Positions 1 through 10,280 of a DNA stretch of 44,653 nucleotides are shown piece by piece. Location: contig JAYWGJ010000076.1 of assembly GCA_043778315.1 (NCBI GenBank), positions 1 through 44,653 of the forward strand, given 5' to 3'. The notes under the pieces were generated by a model. That model saw only the letters and a list, made by a program, of their open reading frames with translations. It did not search any database and was not told where the DNA came from. Source of the DNA: Saprospiraceae bacterium. GTDB lineage: Bacteria > Bacteroidota > Bacteroidia > Chitinophagales > Saprospiraceae. The first letter of the stretch is position 1, and every line of letters starts with the position of its first letter. Made by a program: the position numbers and the translations under genes.

Positions 1-150
1 TTAGTTGTTCACTATTCACTAAAAAAACTGTTCACTGTTAGTTGTTCACTATTCACTAAAAAAACTATTCACTGTTAGTTGTTCACTATTCACTGAAAAA
101 ACTGTTCACTGTTAGTTGTTCACTATTCACTGAAAAAAAACTATTCACTG
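1..150 (-). repeat. Tandem array of 4 units of 37-39 bp (TTAGTTGTTCACTATTCACTRAAAAAACTRTTCACTG), GTTCACT-family repeat, cut by the window edge
   Basis: Units start at 1, 38, 75 and 112 and are near-identical on direct reading. The array abuts the stop codon (158-160) of the minus-strand ORF 158..823. Confidence 0.9.
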
Positions 151-157
151 AAAAAAA

Positions 158-823
158 CTACTTCTTCCGCTTGTCCTTAAAATCGCCGTTTTTCCATGCT
201 TGAAAAAACTGCGACCACGCCATCGGGTTAAAAATAGGCATTGGCGGCGCTTGTCCGATATAGTAATTGCGTTGTGCTTGTTGGCGGAGGTATAAGTTGC
301 CGTTTTCGCGTCCGTCCATGCGCATCGCGGAGCGGACGGAAGCCATACGGTCTTCGGCGAGATTCGCCGCAGCGTTGTCGGCGAGCGCGTTGCTCACGTC
401 TAAGGCGAGAAACTCCTGTTTGAGGTGTTCGCGTGAAGGCCACGGAAACACGATAAACTCGGGTAGATTAATCACATCGGCGGAGAGCAACTCTACTACC
501 GCGTATTTATTGCCCGTAAGGGTATCGGGAATCATTTTTTCGTGGTCGCGAAAACCTAACGAGCTAAACTGAATCGTCTCCCCGCGTCGAACCACCAAAG
601 AGAAAAATCCTTTGTAATTGGCGTAAGTGCCGCGTGTAGTTCCCTTCACCGCGACCGTCGCAAAAGGCACGGGTGTGAGTCTGCCCTTTTCTTCGGTCAG
701 CACCATTCCCGTAAACTGAATGAGGTCGTTCGTGCCTGAGCCAGGAATTTGCGCCGCTACTTTTTTATTGATTAAAATAAAAAGTAGAAAAAGTACGAGG
801 TATTTGTTTGTAATTACTTTCAT
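158..823 (-). CDS. Secreted carboxypeptidase-regulatory-like (CarboxypepD_reg-type) domain protein
   Basis: N-terminal signal peptide (MKVITNKYLVLFLLFILINKKVAAQ). The segment GMVLTEE..PVPFATVAVKGTTRGTYANYKGFFSL..GETIQFSSLGF matches the CarboxypepD_reg fold pattern common in Bacteroidota. Confidence 0.6.
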   Translation of the reverse strand: MKVITNKYLVLFLLFILINKKVAAQIPGSGTNDLIQFTGMVLTEEKGRLTPVPFATVAVKGTTRGTYANYKGFFSLVVRRGETIQFSSLGFRDHEKMIPDTLTGNKYAVVELLSADVINLPEFIVFPWPSREHLKQEFLALDVSNALADNAAANLAEDRMASVRSAMRMDGRENGNLYLRQQAQRNYYIGQAPPMPIFNPMAWSQFFQAWKNGDFKDKRKK

Positions 824-968
824 ATATCAAAGGTATAAATTGTTTATTAAGAATGGTAATTGATTATTGTAGAAAAAAAGTGATATTTGTGTAACAACAA
901 AATTACTATTATTAAAACGCAAAAATACGAAATTTTGCTGCTAATGCAGTGTTAATATTATATTAAAA

Positions 969-1973
969 ATGATAAATCTAATTTCCGATACCGTCACGCG
1001 CCCGACCGAAGCGATGCTACAAGCGATGTTTGCAGCCGAAGTAGGCGATGATGTGTTTGGCGACGACCCGACCGTGAACGCGCTACAAACAAAGGTAGCA
1101 CATTTATTACAAAAAGAAGCCGCTTTGTTTTGCCCCTCGGGAACGATGACCAATCAAATTGCGTTGCAGGTGCATACGCAGCCCTTGCAAGAGGTGATTT
1201 GCGACGAATTATCGCATATATATAGAGCCGAAACGGGCGGCGCGGCGCATCAGGCGCGGCTCGCAACCAAGTTACTACAAGGCGAAAACGGCAAAATAAC
1301 TGCCGCGCAAATCGAGGCTGCTATCAATCCGCTGCACGATTGGCTGCCGCAAAGCAGCTTAGTTGTGATAGAAAACACCGCAAATATCGGCGGCGGCTCG
1401 TATTATCGGCTTGCGGAACTGCAAGCGATACGTCGCGTATGCACCGAGCGGCAACTCGCGCTGCATTTGGACGGTGCGCGACTCTTCAACGCGCTCGCCG
1501 AAACAGGTGATAATATTGCGGACGTAGCGGCTCAATTTGACTCCGTTTCCTTGTGTCTATCCAAAGGTTTAGGCGCGCCCGTAGGCTCGTTATTAGTTGG
1601 TAATCAAGCGTTTATCAATCGGGCGCGGCGGTTCCGCAAAGTGATGGGCGGCGGTATGCGACAAGCAGGCTACTTGGCTGCCGCAGGCATTTACGCGCTC
1701 GATAATCATGTGGCGCGCCTTACAGACGACCATGCTCGTGCGCGGCAACTCGCGGCTCGGTTAGCGGAGTTGGATTATATTACGAACATCAGACCGACGA
1801 TGACGAATATCCTTATTTTTGATGTAAAACCACCGCTCACAGCCGCTATTTATTTAGAAAAATTAGCGCAGCACAGCATCAAAGCGGCAGCTTTTGGCGT
1901 ACAAACCGTCCGTTTTGTCACACATTTGGACTTTACAGATGAAATGTTGAGTACGGTTTTGGCTGTTTTGTAA
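969..1973 (+). CDS. ltaE: Low-specificity L-threonine aldolase (PLP-dependent, beta-eliminating lyase family)
   Basis: Family signatures are present: [30 protein letters not shown], and [10 protein letters not shown] containing the PLP lysine. Length is 334 aa. Confidence 0.9.
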   Translation: MINLISDTVTRPTEAMLQAMFAAEVGDDVFGDDPTVNALQTKVAHLLQKEAALFCPSGTMTNQIALQVHTQPLQEVICDELSHIYRAETGGAAHQARLATKLLQGENGKITAAQIEAAINPLHDWLPQSSLVVIENTANIGGGSYYRLAELQAIRRVCTERQLALHLDGARLFNALAETGDNIADVAAQFDSVSLCLSKGLGAPVGSLLVGNQAFINRARRFRKVMGGGMRQAGYLAAAGIYALDNHVARLTDDHARARQLAARLAELDYITNIRPTMTNILIFDVKPPLTAAIYLEKLAQHSIKAAAFGVQTVRFVTHLDFTDEMLSTVLAVL

Positions 1974-2163
1974 CGTTAAAAAATATAATGATTAGTTATT
2001 TTTTAGTTGAAATACATTTATAAGCATAATTTTACGATTAAATTACAAAAATACCCTAACTTTTCCCCACTTTTGCAGGAAGTATAGTAACGTAATTTCA
2101 TCATTGGCGACAGCCAAACCAACTTTTTTAACTTACCAATCATTTTACAATTTATCTTTTATT

Positions 2164-2907
2164 ATGGTAAAAAAAACAATTGCTTTATTGCTCTTCGTGC
2201 AATTATGTAGCGTTAGCTGCACCGAAAAAGAATTTAATTCTGCGTTAAAACAGGCGACTGATATGGCAGCGCAAAACGGCGGCGGCGGCGAAATGTCGTC
2301 GGGTTTGATTGGTCGCGGCTTGAAGGAAGCCTTAGAAAACGGCGTGGGCAAAGGCGTAGATATTCTTTCGCAGCGCAACGGTTTTTGGGGCGATATGGCG
2401 ACCCGTATCTTGCTTCCGCCAGAGGCGCAAGATGTAGAGCGCAAACTCCGCGCTATCGGTTTGGGGAATTTGGTGGATAAATCGCTATTAGACATCAATC
2501 ATGCAGCCGAAGACGCAGCGACGGCGGCGCGCCCGATTTTCGTAGATGCCATCACGAGTATGTCGTTCACTGATGCCAAAAATATTTTGATGGGGCAGCC
2601 TAATTCGGCAACAGATTACCTCAAACGCGCCACTTCCGACCAGTTGTACGCGAGTTTTAAACCTGTTATCTTCAATTCGCTGAATAAAGTAGGCGCGATG
2701 AATACTTGGACGGACGTGATGAGCAAGTACAATTCTATCCCGTTTGTAAACAAAGTGAACCCTGACCTCGCTGACCATGTCACGCATAAAGCGATGGACG
2801 CGCTGTTTCAGATGGTGGAACGCGAAGAGGGTAATATTCGCAAAAACCCAATAGCGCGCACCACCGAGCTACTCAAAAAAGTATTTATGGGACAAGAAAG
2901 ACGGTAG
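2164..2907 (+). CDS. DUF4197-like lipoprotein. Start moved to the ATG at 2164; the ORF track begins at a TTG at 2104.
   Basis: MVKKTIALLLFVQLCSVSC is a lipoprotein-type signal with a Cys. The rest resembles the conserved Bacteroidota DUF4197 family (recalled, not searched). Confidence 0.55.
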   Translation: MVKKTIALLLFVQLCSVSCTEKEFNSALKQATDMAAQNGGGGEMSSGLIGRGLKEALENGVGKGVDILSQRNGFWGDMATRILLPPEAQDVERKLRAIGLGNLVDKSLLDINHAAEDAATAARPIFVDAITSMSFTDAKNILMGQPNSATDYLKRATSDQLYASFKPVIFNSLNKVGAMNTWTDVMSKYNSIPFVNKVNPDLADHVTHKAMDALFQMVEREEGNIRKNPIARTTELLKKVFMGQERR

Positions 2908-2929
2908 TTAGCTAAAAAAATAAAAAAAT

Positions 2930-3157
2930 ATGGAAAAGCAAAGCTCTAACGACCCGCTACACGGCAAAACACTCGAGATGATACTCAACGAACTGCACGA
3001 GCATTTCGGTTGGGCGCAACTCGGGCTAATCATTCCTATTAACTGCTTCACGGCAGACCCGAGTGTGAAGTCGAGCTTAGTGTTTTTGCGAAAAACGCCG
3101 TGGGCGCGCACCAAAGTAGAAGCCCTTTACCGCGAAATGCGCAGCGAAATAGATTAA
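2930..3157 (+). CDS. VF530/DUF2132-family small DNA-binding-like protein
   Basis: 75 aa. The segments HGKTLEMILNELHEHFGW and LRKTPWARTKVEALY are typical of the DUF2132 family. Confidence 0.6.
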   Translation: MEKQSSNDPLHGKTLEMILNELHEHFGWAQLGLIIPINCFTADPSVKSSLVFLRKTPWARTKVEALYREMRSEID

Positions 3158-3180
3158 AAAATCAAATTTAATTTTTATAA

Positions 3181-3226
3181 AAAAGCGATGCTTTTTCTTA
3201 GAAATAAGAAAAAGCATCGCTTTTTT
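3181..3226 (+). terminator. Rho-independent terminator
   Basis: AAAAGCGATGCTTTTT (3181-3196) pairs perfectly with AAAAAGCATCGCTTTT (3209-3224) and is followed by a T-run. It lies 24 nt after the stop at 3157. Confidence 0.85.
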
Positions 3227-3300
3227 GTGGCGGCTTGTGTACGCAAGACAAAGTATGTCTTATACGCAAGACAAGGCATGCCTTGTCTCTACCGTCGGCA

Positions 3301-3348
3301 CTGTTCATTGTTCACTAAAAAACTGTTCACTATATAGTTGTTCACTAA
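3301..3348 (+). repeat. GTTCACT-family repeat block (3-4 motif copies)
   Basis: CTGTTCATTGTTCACTAAAAAACTGTTCACTATATAGTTGTTCACTAA uses the same words as the arrays at 1-150, 9984-10257 and 27915-27954. Confidence 0.8.
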
Positions 3349-3692
3349 TATATACTTATTTTACACTTATAATGCTGTCACAAAAAATAAATTATTAAAT
3401 AATAATAGATTTTTTTATTTTATATTAATAATATTTATAATATTTATAATACTGATTAACAATGTATAAATACTATTCAATATCATTTTGTTTAGTATTG
3501 TAAACAAAAAAAGGTATTTAATTATATTTTATTGGTACGAATATTGTACATAGATTAAACAATTACTATATAAATTGTCTAATCATACGTTTGTTTATTT
3601 AGATGCAATTCCGAATCAGTACATTGCACCTTGACAAATTGTTAATATTACTTGTTATCTATCTCTATCTATCTTATCATAATATTTTAATT

Positions 3693-6600
3693 ATGCTACA
3701 AAAATTATACCTCGTTGGTTTTTTATTTGCAATCGCAGCGACTACCGCGCAAGCGCAAGTGAACATCACGGCTACGCCGCCGCCTTCTACTGCGGCACTC
3801 AATGTTTGCGGTGCGCCCGCCTTGTTTAGCGTAAAAATTACGGGTGTTGGTCCGCAAGCGGCAAATAACGGTCGCTTGTCGGTGCAGTTGCCTGTAGGTG
3901 TGCGCTACGTTCCGAATACTATCGCCTACACTTCGGGTGCTACAGGTAGTATCACAGAAACGGCTGTTAATACTTCATTGACTACTTTCGATATTGCTAA
4001 TGTAGCGGTTGGCGGCAGCATCGAGCTGACGTATCAGGCTACGGCAGACTGTCGGCGCATCAATCAATCCGTGAACTCGACCGATTACACCTTAGCATCG
4101 TCGGCGGGAACGCAGCTATTCCCAGGTGGAACGGCGGTTAATCCGAGCTACAACGTGAGGTATGCCGCTATGAATATTGTTGGCATCACTAATAACTCTT
4201 ACAACGGCACGGCTGGAACGACGTTTACGCGCACTATAAAAGTGCTGAACGGTGGTTTCGGGTCTGTACCCGAAATAAAATTGGACGAGACCAATTCTGG
4301 CGGTATGACTATCGAGAGCATCTCGGTGGCTGGCGCGGCTTCTATCACGTCGTCTGCTACTTTGCCGTCGGGCAGCACTACTTATACGGTGGCTGGTTTT
4401 GCTGGCAACGGACAATTTGATAATAACGAAACAATTACCATTACCGAAACCCTCAAACTTCCTGCTACCGCGTGTGGCGGAACGGCTGGCTCGGCATTGA
4501 CAAACTACAAAGCCTATTATGGCTGTTACAACGAAACGATTTGCCCGACTACTAACAGCACCGACATTAGTTCCTCGACGACCGCTACGGTGTCGTGGTC
4601 TGGCGCATTGCCGGGTACAGGCGCAGGCTTGAGTTTGAGTGCGCCGATAGCGGCAGCAAATGCTTGTTTTTCTACCAACGTTTCTTATACCTTAACGGTA
4701 ACAAATAATGGTACGGACGCGGCGGAGAGCGTAAAAGTTTATTTTGACGCTCGCGATGCGAACGCGCAATACCTCACTAATTTTACAGTGAACGGTGCGC
4801 CCGCTACTGCTACTGTTACTACCGCGCCCTCTTCGGGTGTGAGCGGCTGCTTTACTACATTGCCGAGCGGCGCGTTGGCAAAAGGTTATTTAGTACTTTC
4901 TGATATTCCTTCGGGAACGAGCATTACTATTAGTTTTGAAGGTGCGCGTTGCTGCAATAGCAACTTCTGCCGCGCCTCGGGTACAATATACGCGGGTTTT
5001 GTGGCTTCGGCTACTTACCGCGATGGCTGTACGGTGAGCAAAAGTGCTGGCGGTGGCGTGTACGGTGTACCTGCCGACAGCTACAAATCACAAATAATCG
5101 AAGGATTTATAGTACGAGATATATTGACGGTATTTAAAAAAGGCTCGACGGGTTCGTACTGCGCCGATATAGATTTAATATTGCCAGAGGGCGACAATAC
5201 TGGCTTTTTAGATTTTAAACTAGCAATGCCCGCAGGCACAAGTTTGACTACGGGCGGCGCGGCAACTATGTCGGGTATCACGGGCAACAACTGGCCCGTA
5301 GCGGCTGGCTACCCTGTAAAAGTAAACGATACTATTATAGCACGGTTCAACTTAGCGGATATGCCTGCTGGGTTTAGTATTGCAGCGCGTCACCGCCGCA
5401 ATATATGTATTCCGATATTTGCGCCTAATGACGCTTCGCCTTGCGACGGTACATTCAATGTCACGCCAACTATGTCGGCGCGTTACACTCCATCGACAAG
5501 CTGTGCGGGCTGTGCGTTAAGTTTGTATTGCGGTGGCAACCGCATTCCGTTCGAAACAGAAATAGAATGCGGCGGTCCGCCCGCAGTGGTGGGCGCAGAA
5601 ATGCTCGACTTGAAATTGGAGCGCACTTCGTTTGGCGCAGCCGACAATAATAATGATAATATTCCCGATGTTAGCGGCAGCCTAAATACCAATATTTTGC
5701 GTAAGCAAGACGTTATTTTAGGAGATACTATTGCGCTCGAGTCGGGTGCGGTTGTAAAAGATGCAATAGGCGGCACTACGTTTAGTAACGGCTACTTTGG
5801 CGTTAAGTTTCGCAACTCGGCAGGCAACCTAAACCCTGTGCCTATTGCGGCAAGCGCAAAAATTTATGACTTTTCGGCGGGCGTTTGGCTTACTATTACT
5901 GGTTTGACACCGATAGTAAATACGCAAACTGGTGCTAATGACTTGATAGTCTATGATTTATCGGCGGCATTGCCTGCGGGTTTTGTGTTTGCGGTAAGCG
6001 ACACCATCAGATTTTATGCTACCTACCACGCTACCGCGCAAGGCATAGGCGCGTCATTGATAAAAGTAAATACTTTTGCGGATATGGGCAACGCGCCACG
6101 CACCGCTTTTACAGGCGTAAGCATCGGCTACCGTCCTGCCTATATATACATGCACGCTTACGATGTAACGACTTTGGCTACCGTAAACAAAAGTGCTGAC
6201 CCTTGTGGTACAACAGGTTATATTTTGGCGCAAGCTACGGCGAAATTAGCGGTGGACTACGGCGGCGAACTTTTTGACAACGAAGTGCGTAAAATAGGCT
6301 ACGAAACAACATGGGCAGTAAATCTGCCAACGGGCGTAACTTACGACCGTGCAGAAGTTTTGTTTGCGGGCGATTACGGTCGTCAAGCTACAACATTCGC
6401 GCCTATCGTTGCAACAAGCACCATCAATAATATAGCTACTTTTAACCTTCAACCTTTTTATAGCGAGTTTGGCGGAACAGTACCAAACTGGGAAGACCGT
6501 AGCAGCGTTCAGCTTAAAATATATTACAATACAGGAAATCCTGCTTGCGCCGCACTTACTACGGTGCAACAGTTTACAAGCAATAGAATATTTAATAATC

Positions 6601-9600
6601 CTATTGCAAGTGTAGTGGCGGGCGAGCAAAAAACTACTAATTTTTCGTTCAAAAATAGCCTCGAGGGTGGTCCGGGTTTCTTTTTGACTACCAACAGCGA
6701 CCTTACCGCTACGGGCGACACGGTGATATGGAAATTAAAAGTAGCGAACGCAGGTAGTGGCTTACTGCCTAATACTTGGTTGGCTAAAAAATCGGGCATT
6801 AGCGGTGTGACTATTACAAGTATTCAGCCGTTAGATTGTGCAACAGGCGCGCCAACGGGTGCGGCTATTCCGTTAGATGCCAAAGGCTATTATAAATTGG
6901 GCAACATCGGCGGTGGCGGTAAATGCTTTGCGATTAAAGCAACCTACCAAAGTTGTGTAAAAGATAGTATCAATCTTTGGGCAGGTTTTGCGTGTACGGG
7001 ATACCCTACCGACATCAGCAACCCTGCGCTCCTTTGCGGAACAGCAGAACAAAAACTCTACGTCAGACCCGTACAAACGCAATTACAACAAATCATTACG
7101 GCGCAGCCGACTACTGACGTTAATCTTTGTGCTACCTTTAACTATAATATTGCGGTAAGCAGTGTACAAAAAGGTTCGGTAAACAGTATTATTAATAGAT
7201 TTGCAGTCTTACCAGGTCAAGGCGTGACGGTAGTTGCGGGAAGCTCGCAGGTAGAGTATCCTAACGGCAGCGGAACGTGGATAACAGTAGCCGACCCTTC
7301 TTTCGCTGCTAATGTATATACTTGGGTACCTACTAACGATGCCGCGCTTGCGGCTACTTTGGGCGCAAAGGGACTGCTCGGTGTGGACTCGGCTCTGGTA
7401 GGTAAAAACCGATACAATTTACGGTTCACGGCGGTTACTACACCGTGCAACTTTAAGTCGGGTATTGTATTTTTGTTTCAAACAAATGGCAAAAAAGGCT
7501 GCAACGAAACTATATTTTCTACCGACCAAATTACTACGCCAGTAAATGTAGCAGGCGCGCCTACCAACACAAACAGCTACACAGTAATATTGCAAACTAC
7601 GCCAATGCAACCCTGCAACGGCACAACAGGCACGGTAAAATTTAAGGCTATCAATCAAGGTGGCTTAGGACTTTCAGGCAGCAACGAGTTTATAGAGCTT
7701 GTTTTTTATGATAATATTACTTTGCCAGGTGGATTAACAGCGACGCACAACCCGCCTACTGCACCCGTCGATATAGAAACAGTGTCAGGCGGTACGGTAG
7801 CGCGCTACCAAATGCCAGCAGGTGTAGCCGTTGGAGACTCAGTTGTGTTTACGGTAGATGTAGCGACAGTAACACCGCCAGCTTGTGGTTTTACAGGCAT
7901 TCGCATTGACGCAAGTACCAATACTTTGTTTTCGGCAACGTGCAGTACTACCAGTCAGAGCTGCAACTTAGCTAAAACAACAGGCAACGATGGCGCATAT
8001 ATTCCGCTTTTGCGTCCCAAATTAATTATACAAAGTTTGACCGCTACGGCAGAGATAAACCCGCCGCTTGGCGAAACGGTACACGCTACCGTAACGTTCA
8101 AAAACAATGGCGTATTGCCAATATTGGCTTCGTCACCGTTCAACGTGAAGTTTTACCATGACGCTGACCTTAGCGGAACTGTTACCGCAGGTGACCAATT
8201 ATTAGCAACTTCGCCAGTATCGGCAACCATATTGGTAGGTGCTACTTTGGTTAAAAATATAAATATAGACGTTCCGCCAGGTCAGGCTTGTCCGTTATTG
8301 GCAATTATAGAAGAGTCGGCTTGCTATTGCAATCAAACGGCGGTAACTACTACCAACGTGCCTTTCGCACCAGCAAGCTACGAACTCTCTACTTGTAGCA
8401 CTATCGCCATACAAATAGGCGAAAAACCATTACCTGGCTACACTTATACTTGGACGGCAGTCACTACGGGCGCACTTTCTTGGCTTAATGCCGCTAATAT
8501 TTCTAATCCTACATTTAGCAAACCAGGTGCTTTCGGTGAAGATGTGATATTTAAAGTGTTTATTAACCGTGGCACAGGCTGCATCGCAGAGCAGGAAGTG
8601 ATTATTCACTTAGTTAGTTTGGCGGACTGTCCTCGCTACGAAGGTAGTATCGGTAACTATGTATGGTACGATGACAATGCTAATGGCAGCAACGACGAAG
8701 CACCCGCACGCGGTATTAACGGCATTAGAGTAGAGCTTTTTGATGCAGGCGCAGACCTTACGCCAGGTACGAGCGACGATACTTTTGTTGGTTTCAAAAA
8801 CACAGCTAATGACGTAAGCGGTAATCCAGGGTATTATTTGTTTACGCCTTTACCAAACGGCGTGTATTATGTGCAATTCCCAACCGCGTTTGTGGGTACA
8901 AGCGGACTGACTACGCAAAACACCGCGTCAGGCATAAACAATAACTCTGACCCAAGTCCTACCACAGGCAAAACAAATATCATACAAATAGATATAGCAG
9001 CAGGCGGCTTACTTAAAGATAATTTAACGATAGATGCAGGGTTCGTGCCTATTTCTGCCATTGGTGACCGCGTATGGTTTGATGAAAATAAAGACGGTGT
9101 ACAAAATGCTAACGAAGTGACACCTATCGCTAACGTGATTGTTAAACTTTACGACTCGGTGACAAATGCGCTTATCTCTACTGATACAACCGACGCTAAC
9201 GGAAACTATTTGTTTACTAAGATACCTGCAGGAAACTATTATATTGTATTTGAAAAGCCAATAAGTTATACAGGTTCGCCGCAGATACCAAATACTACCG
9301 ACGGCTCTGACGCGGACGCACTCACAGGAAGAACACAAAACTTTACGTTAGGTTTAAACCAAGTTAGACTCGATATAGACGCAGGCTTTTTTCCAACGCC
9401 TTTACCCGTAACTATGTTGTATTTTGAGACTAAACTCAATAATTGCGAAGTGGAATTACGATGGGCAACTGCCAGCGAGCTTAATAATAAACGATTTGTA
9501 ATCATGCGCAGCACAGACGGCAAGAATTACTCAATAATAGGTGAGGTAAACGGCAACGGTACAACGGCGGTCACGCATTATTATCGTTTTAGCGATAAAG

Positions 9601-9980
9601 CACCCAAAACCAACAACTATTATACCTTAGTTCAGTACGATTTTGATGGAACAAGCACTCCGTTTGCAGCAGCAAAATCTATCAATACCTTTGGTTGCTA
9701 CGACGAAACCGCTAACGGCATCAGTATCATGTATCCAAACCCGAGCAGCGAAACGTTTGTAAACATGAAATTTTATACCACCTACGGTGACGAAACGATA
9801 CGCATAGAGTTTACAGATGTGTTAGGACGTACAGCTTATATTACTACAATGCCGATAACTACGGGCGCAAATATTATTAAAGTACCTTTGGCAGATTTAC
9901 CTACGGGCAGCTATTCGGTGCGTATATTTGGCGAGTCGTGGAATAGCGCAGCGCAGAAATTTGTTAGAACCAAGTTGTAG
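3693..9980 (+). CDS. Giant (~2,095 aa) T9SS-secreted cell-surface adhesin-like protein with SdrD-B/Cna-B-like repeats. Start moved to the ATG at 3693.
   Basis: Signal peptide MLQKLYLVGFLFAIAATTAQAQ. Two SdrD-B-like modules (GNYVWYDDNANGSNDE...; IGDRVWFDENKDGVQNANE...TDANGNYLF). C-terminal ~80 aa beta-sandwich typical of the T9SS sorting domain (YPNPSSETFVNMKF...GSYSVRIF). Confidence 0.85.
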   Translation: MLQKLYLVGFLFAIAATTAQAQVNITATPPPSTAALNVCGAPALFSVKITGVGPQAANNGRLSVQLPVGVRYVPNTIAYTSGATGSITETAVNTSLTTFDIANVAVGGSIELTYQATADCRRINQSVNSTDYTLASSAGTQLFPGGTAVNPSYNVRYAAMNIVGITNNSYNGTAGTTFTRTIKVLNGGFGSVPEIKLDETNSGGMTIESISVAGAASITSSATLPSGSTTYTVAGFAGNGQFDNNETITITETLKLPATACGGTAGSALTNYKAYYGCYNETICPTTNSTDISSSTTATVSWSGALPGTGAGLSLSAPIAAANACFSTNVSYTLTVTNNGTDAAESVKVYFDARDANAQYLTNFTVNGAPATATVTTAPSSGVSGCFTTLPSGALAKGYLVLSDIPSGTSITISFEGARCCNSNFCRASGTIYAGFVASATYRDGCTVSKSAGGGVYGVPADSYKSQIIEGFIVRDILTVFKKGSTGSYCADIDLILPEGDNTGFLDFKLAMPAGTSLTTGGAATMSGITGNNWPVAAGYPVKVNDTIIARFNLADMPAGFSIAARHRRNICIPIFAPNDASPCDGTFNVTPTMSARYTPSTSCAGCALSLYCGGNRIPFETEIECGGPPAVVGAEMLDLKLERTSFGAADNNNDNIPDVSGSLNTNILRKQDVILGDTIALESGAVVKDAIGGTTFSNGYFGVKFRNSAGNLNPVPIAASAKIYDFSAGVWLTITGLTPIVNTQTGANDLIVYDLSAALPAGFVFAVSDTIRFYATYHATAQGIGASLIKVNTFADMGNAPRTAFTGVSIGYRPAYIYMHAYDVTTLATVNKSADPCGTTGYILAQATAKLAVDYGGELFDNEVRKIGYETTWAVNLPTGVTYDRAEVLFAGDYGRQATTFAPIVATSTINNIATFNLQPFYSEFGGTVPNWEDRSSVQLKIYYNTGNPACAALTTVQQFTSNRIFNNPIASVVAGEQKTTNFSFKNSLEGGPGFFLTTNSDLTATGDTVIWKLKVANAGSGLLPNTWLAKKSGISGVTITSIQPLDCATGAPTGAAIPLDAKGYYKLGNIGGGGKCFAIKATYQSCVKDSINLWAGFACTGYPTDISNPALLCGTAEQKLYVRPVQTQLQQIITAQPTTDVNLCATFNYNIAVSSVQKGSVNSIINRFAVLPGQGVTVVAGSSQVEYPNGSGTWITVADPSFAANVYTWVPTNDAALAATLGAKGLLGVDSALVGKNRYNLRFTAVTTPCNFKSGIVFLFQTNGKKGCNETIFSTDQITTPVNVAGAPTNTNSYTVILQTTPMQPCNGTTGTVKFKAINQGGLGLSGSNEFIELVFYDNITLPGGLTATHNPPTAPVDIETVSGGTVARYQMPAGVAVGDSVVFTVDVATVTPPACGFTGIRIDASTNTLFSATCSTTSQSCNLAKTTGNDGAYIPLLRPKLIIQSLTATAEINPPLGETVHATVTFKNNGVLPILASSPFNVKFYHDADLSGTVTAGDQLLATSPVSATILVGATLVKNINIDVPPGQACPLLAIIEESACYCNQTAVTTTNVPFAPASYELSTCSTIAIQIGEKPLPGYTYTWTAVTTGALSWLNAANISNPTFSKPGAFGEDVIFKVFINRGTGCIAEQEVIIHLVSLADCPRYEGSIGNYVWYDDNANGSNDEAPARGINGIRVELFDAGADLTPGTSDDTFVGFKNTANDVSGNPGYYLFTPLPNGVYYVQFPTAFVGTSGLTTQNTASGINNNSDPSPTTGKTNIIQIDIAAGGLLKDNLTIDAGFVPISAIGDRVWFDENKDGVQNANEVTPIANVIVKLYDSVTNALISTDTTDANGNYLFTKIPAGNYYIVFEKPISYTGSPQIPNTTDGSDADALTGRTQNFTLGLNQVRLDIDAGFFPTPLPVTMLYFETKLNNCEVELRWATASELNNKRFVIMRSTDGKNYSIIGEVNGNGTTAVTHYYRFSDKAPKTNNYYTLVQYDFDGTSTPFAAAKSINTFGCYDETANGISIMYPNPSSETFVNMKFYTTYGDETIRIEFTDVLGRTAYITTMPITTGANIIKVPLADLPTGSYSVRIFGESWNSAAQKFVRTKL

Positions 9981-9983
9981 TGG

Positions 9984-10092
9984 TTAGTGAAGAATTTTAA
10001 GTGAACAACTAACAGTAAATAGTGAATAGTTTTAAGTAAATAACTAACCGTATTTTTTAAATGAATAATTAACAGTGAACAGCGAACAGTTA
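9984..10092 (-). repeat. GTTCACT-family repeat block, AGTGAAC orientation, directly after the adhesin stop codon
   Basis: Contains TTAGTGAAG, AAGTGAACAACTAACAGTAAATAGTGAATAG, and AACAGTGAACAGCGAACAG. Confidence 0.8.
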
Positions 10093-10148
10093 AACAAACT
10101 ATTACAAATGTTAGTAAATAATTTAGTTTAAAAATATTTAACCTTGCA

Positions 10149-10257
10149 GTAACTGTTTACTATTTACTATTAGCTGTTCACTAAAATTTTGTGACTGTTT
10201 ACTAATCACTGTAAAAAACTGTTCACTGTTCACTATAAACTGTTCACTGAAAAAAAG
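10149..10257 (+). repeat. GTTCACT-family repeat block in the opposite orientation to 9984-10092
   Basis: Contains ACTGTTTACTATTTACTATTAGCTGTTCACT and AACTGTTCACTGTTCACTATAAACTGTTCACTGAAAAAAA. Confidence 0.8.
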
Positions 10258-10280
10258 ATAGATAGATTAGCTTGACAATA

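Noticed and set aside
3243..3296. ACGCAAGACAA direct repeat plus the perfect 20-bp palindrome AGACAAGGCATGCCTTGTCT (3269-3288). It shares a 10-mer (GTCTCTACCG) with the terminator at 19414.
   Set aside because: The palindrome is real, but it is a single copy in this window. The shared 10-mer is within chance expectation for 44 kb, so I cannot support a family or function.
3603..3692. N-terminal extensions proposed by the ORF track. Examples: 3603 for the adhesin, 2104 for DUF4197, 36816 for the coiled-coil protein, 38543 for DUF805, 27228 for the anchored protein.
   Set aside because: Each extension is AT-rich, low-complexity and precedes an internal ATG that is immediately followed by a canonical signal peptide or the family N-terminus. 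For 36816, a TAnnTTTG-like box lies inside the extension.
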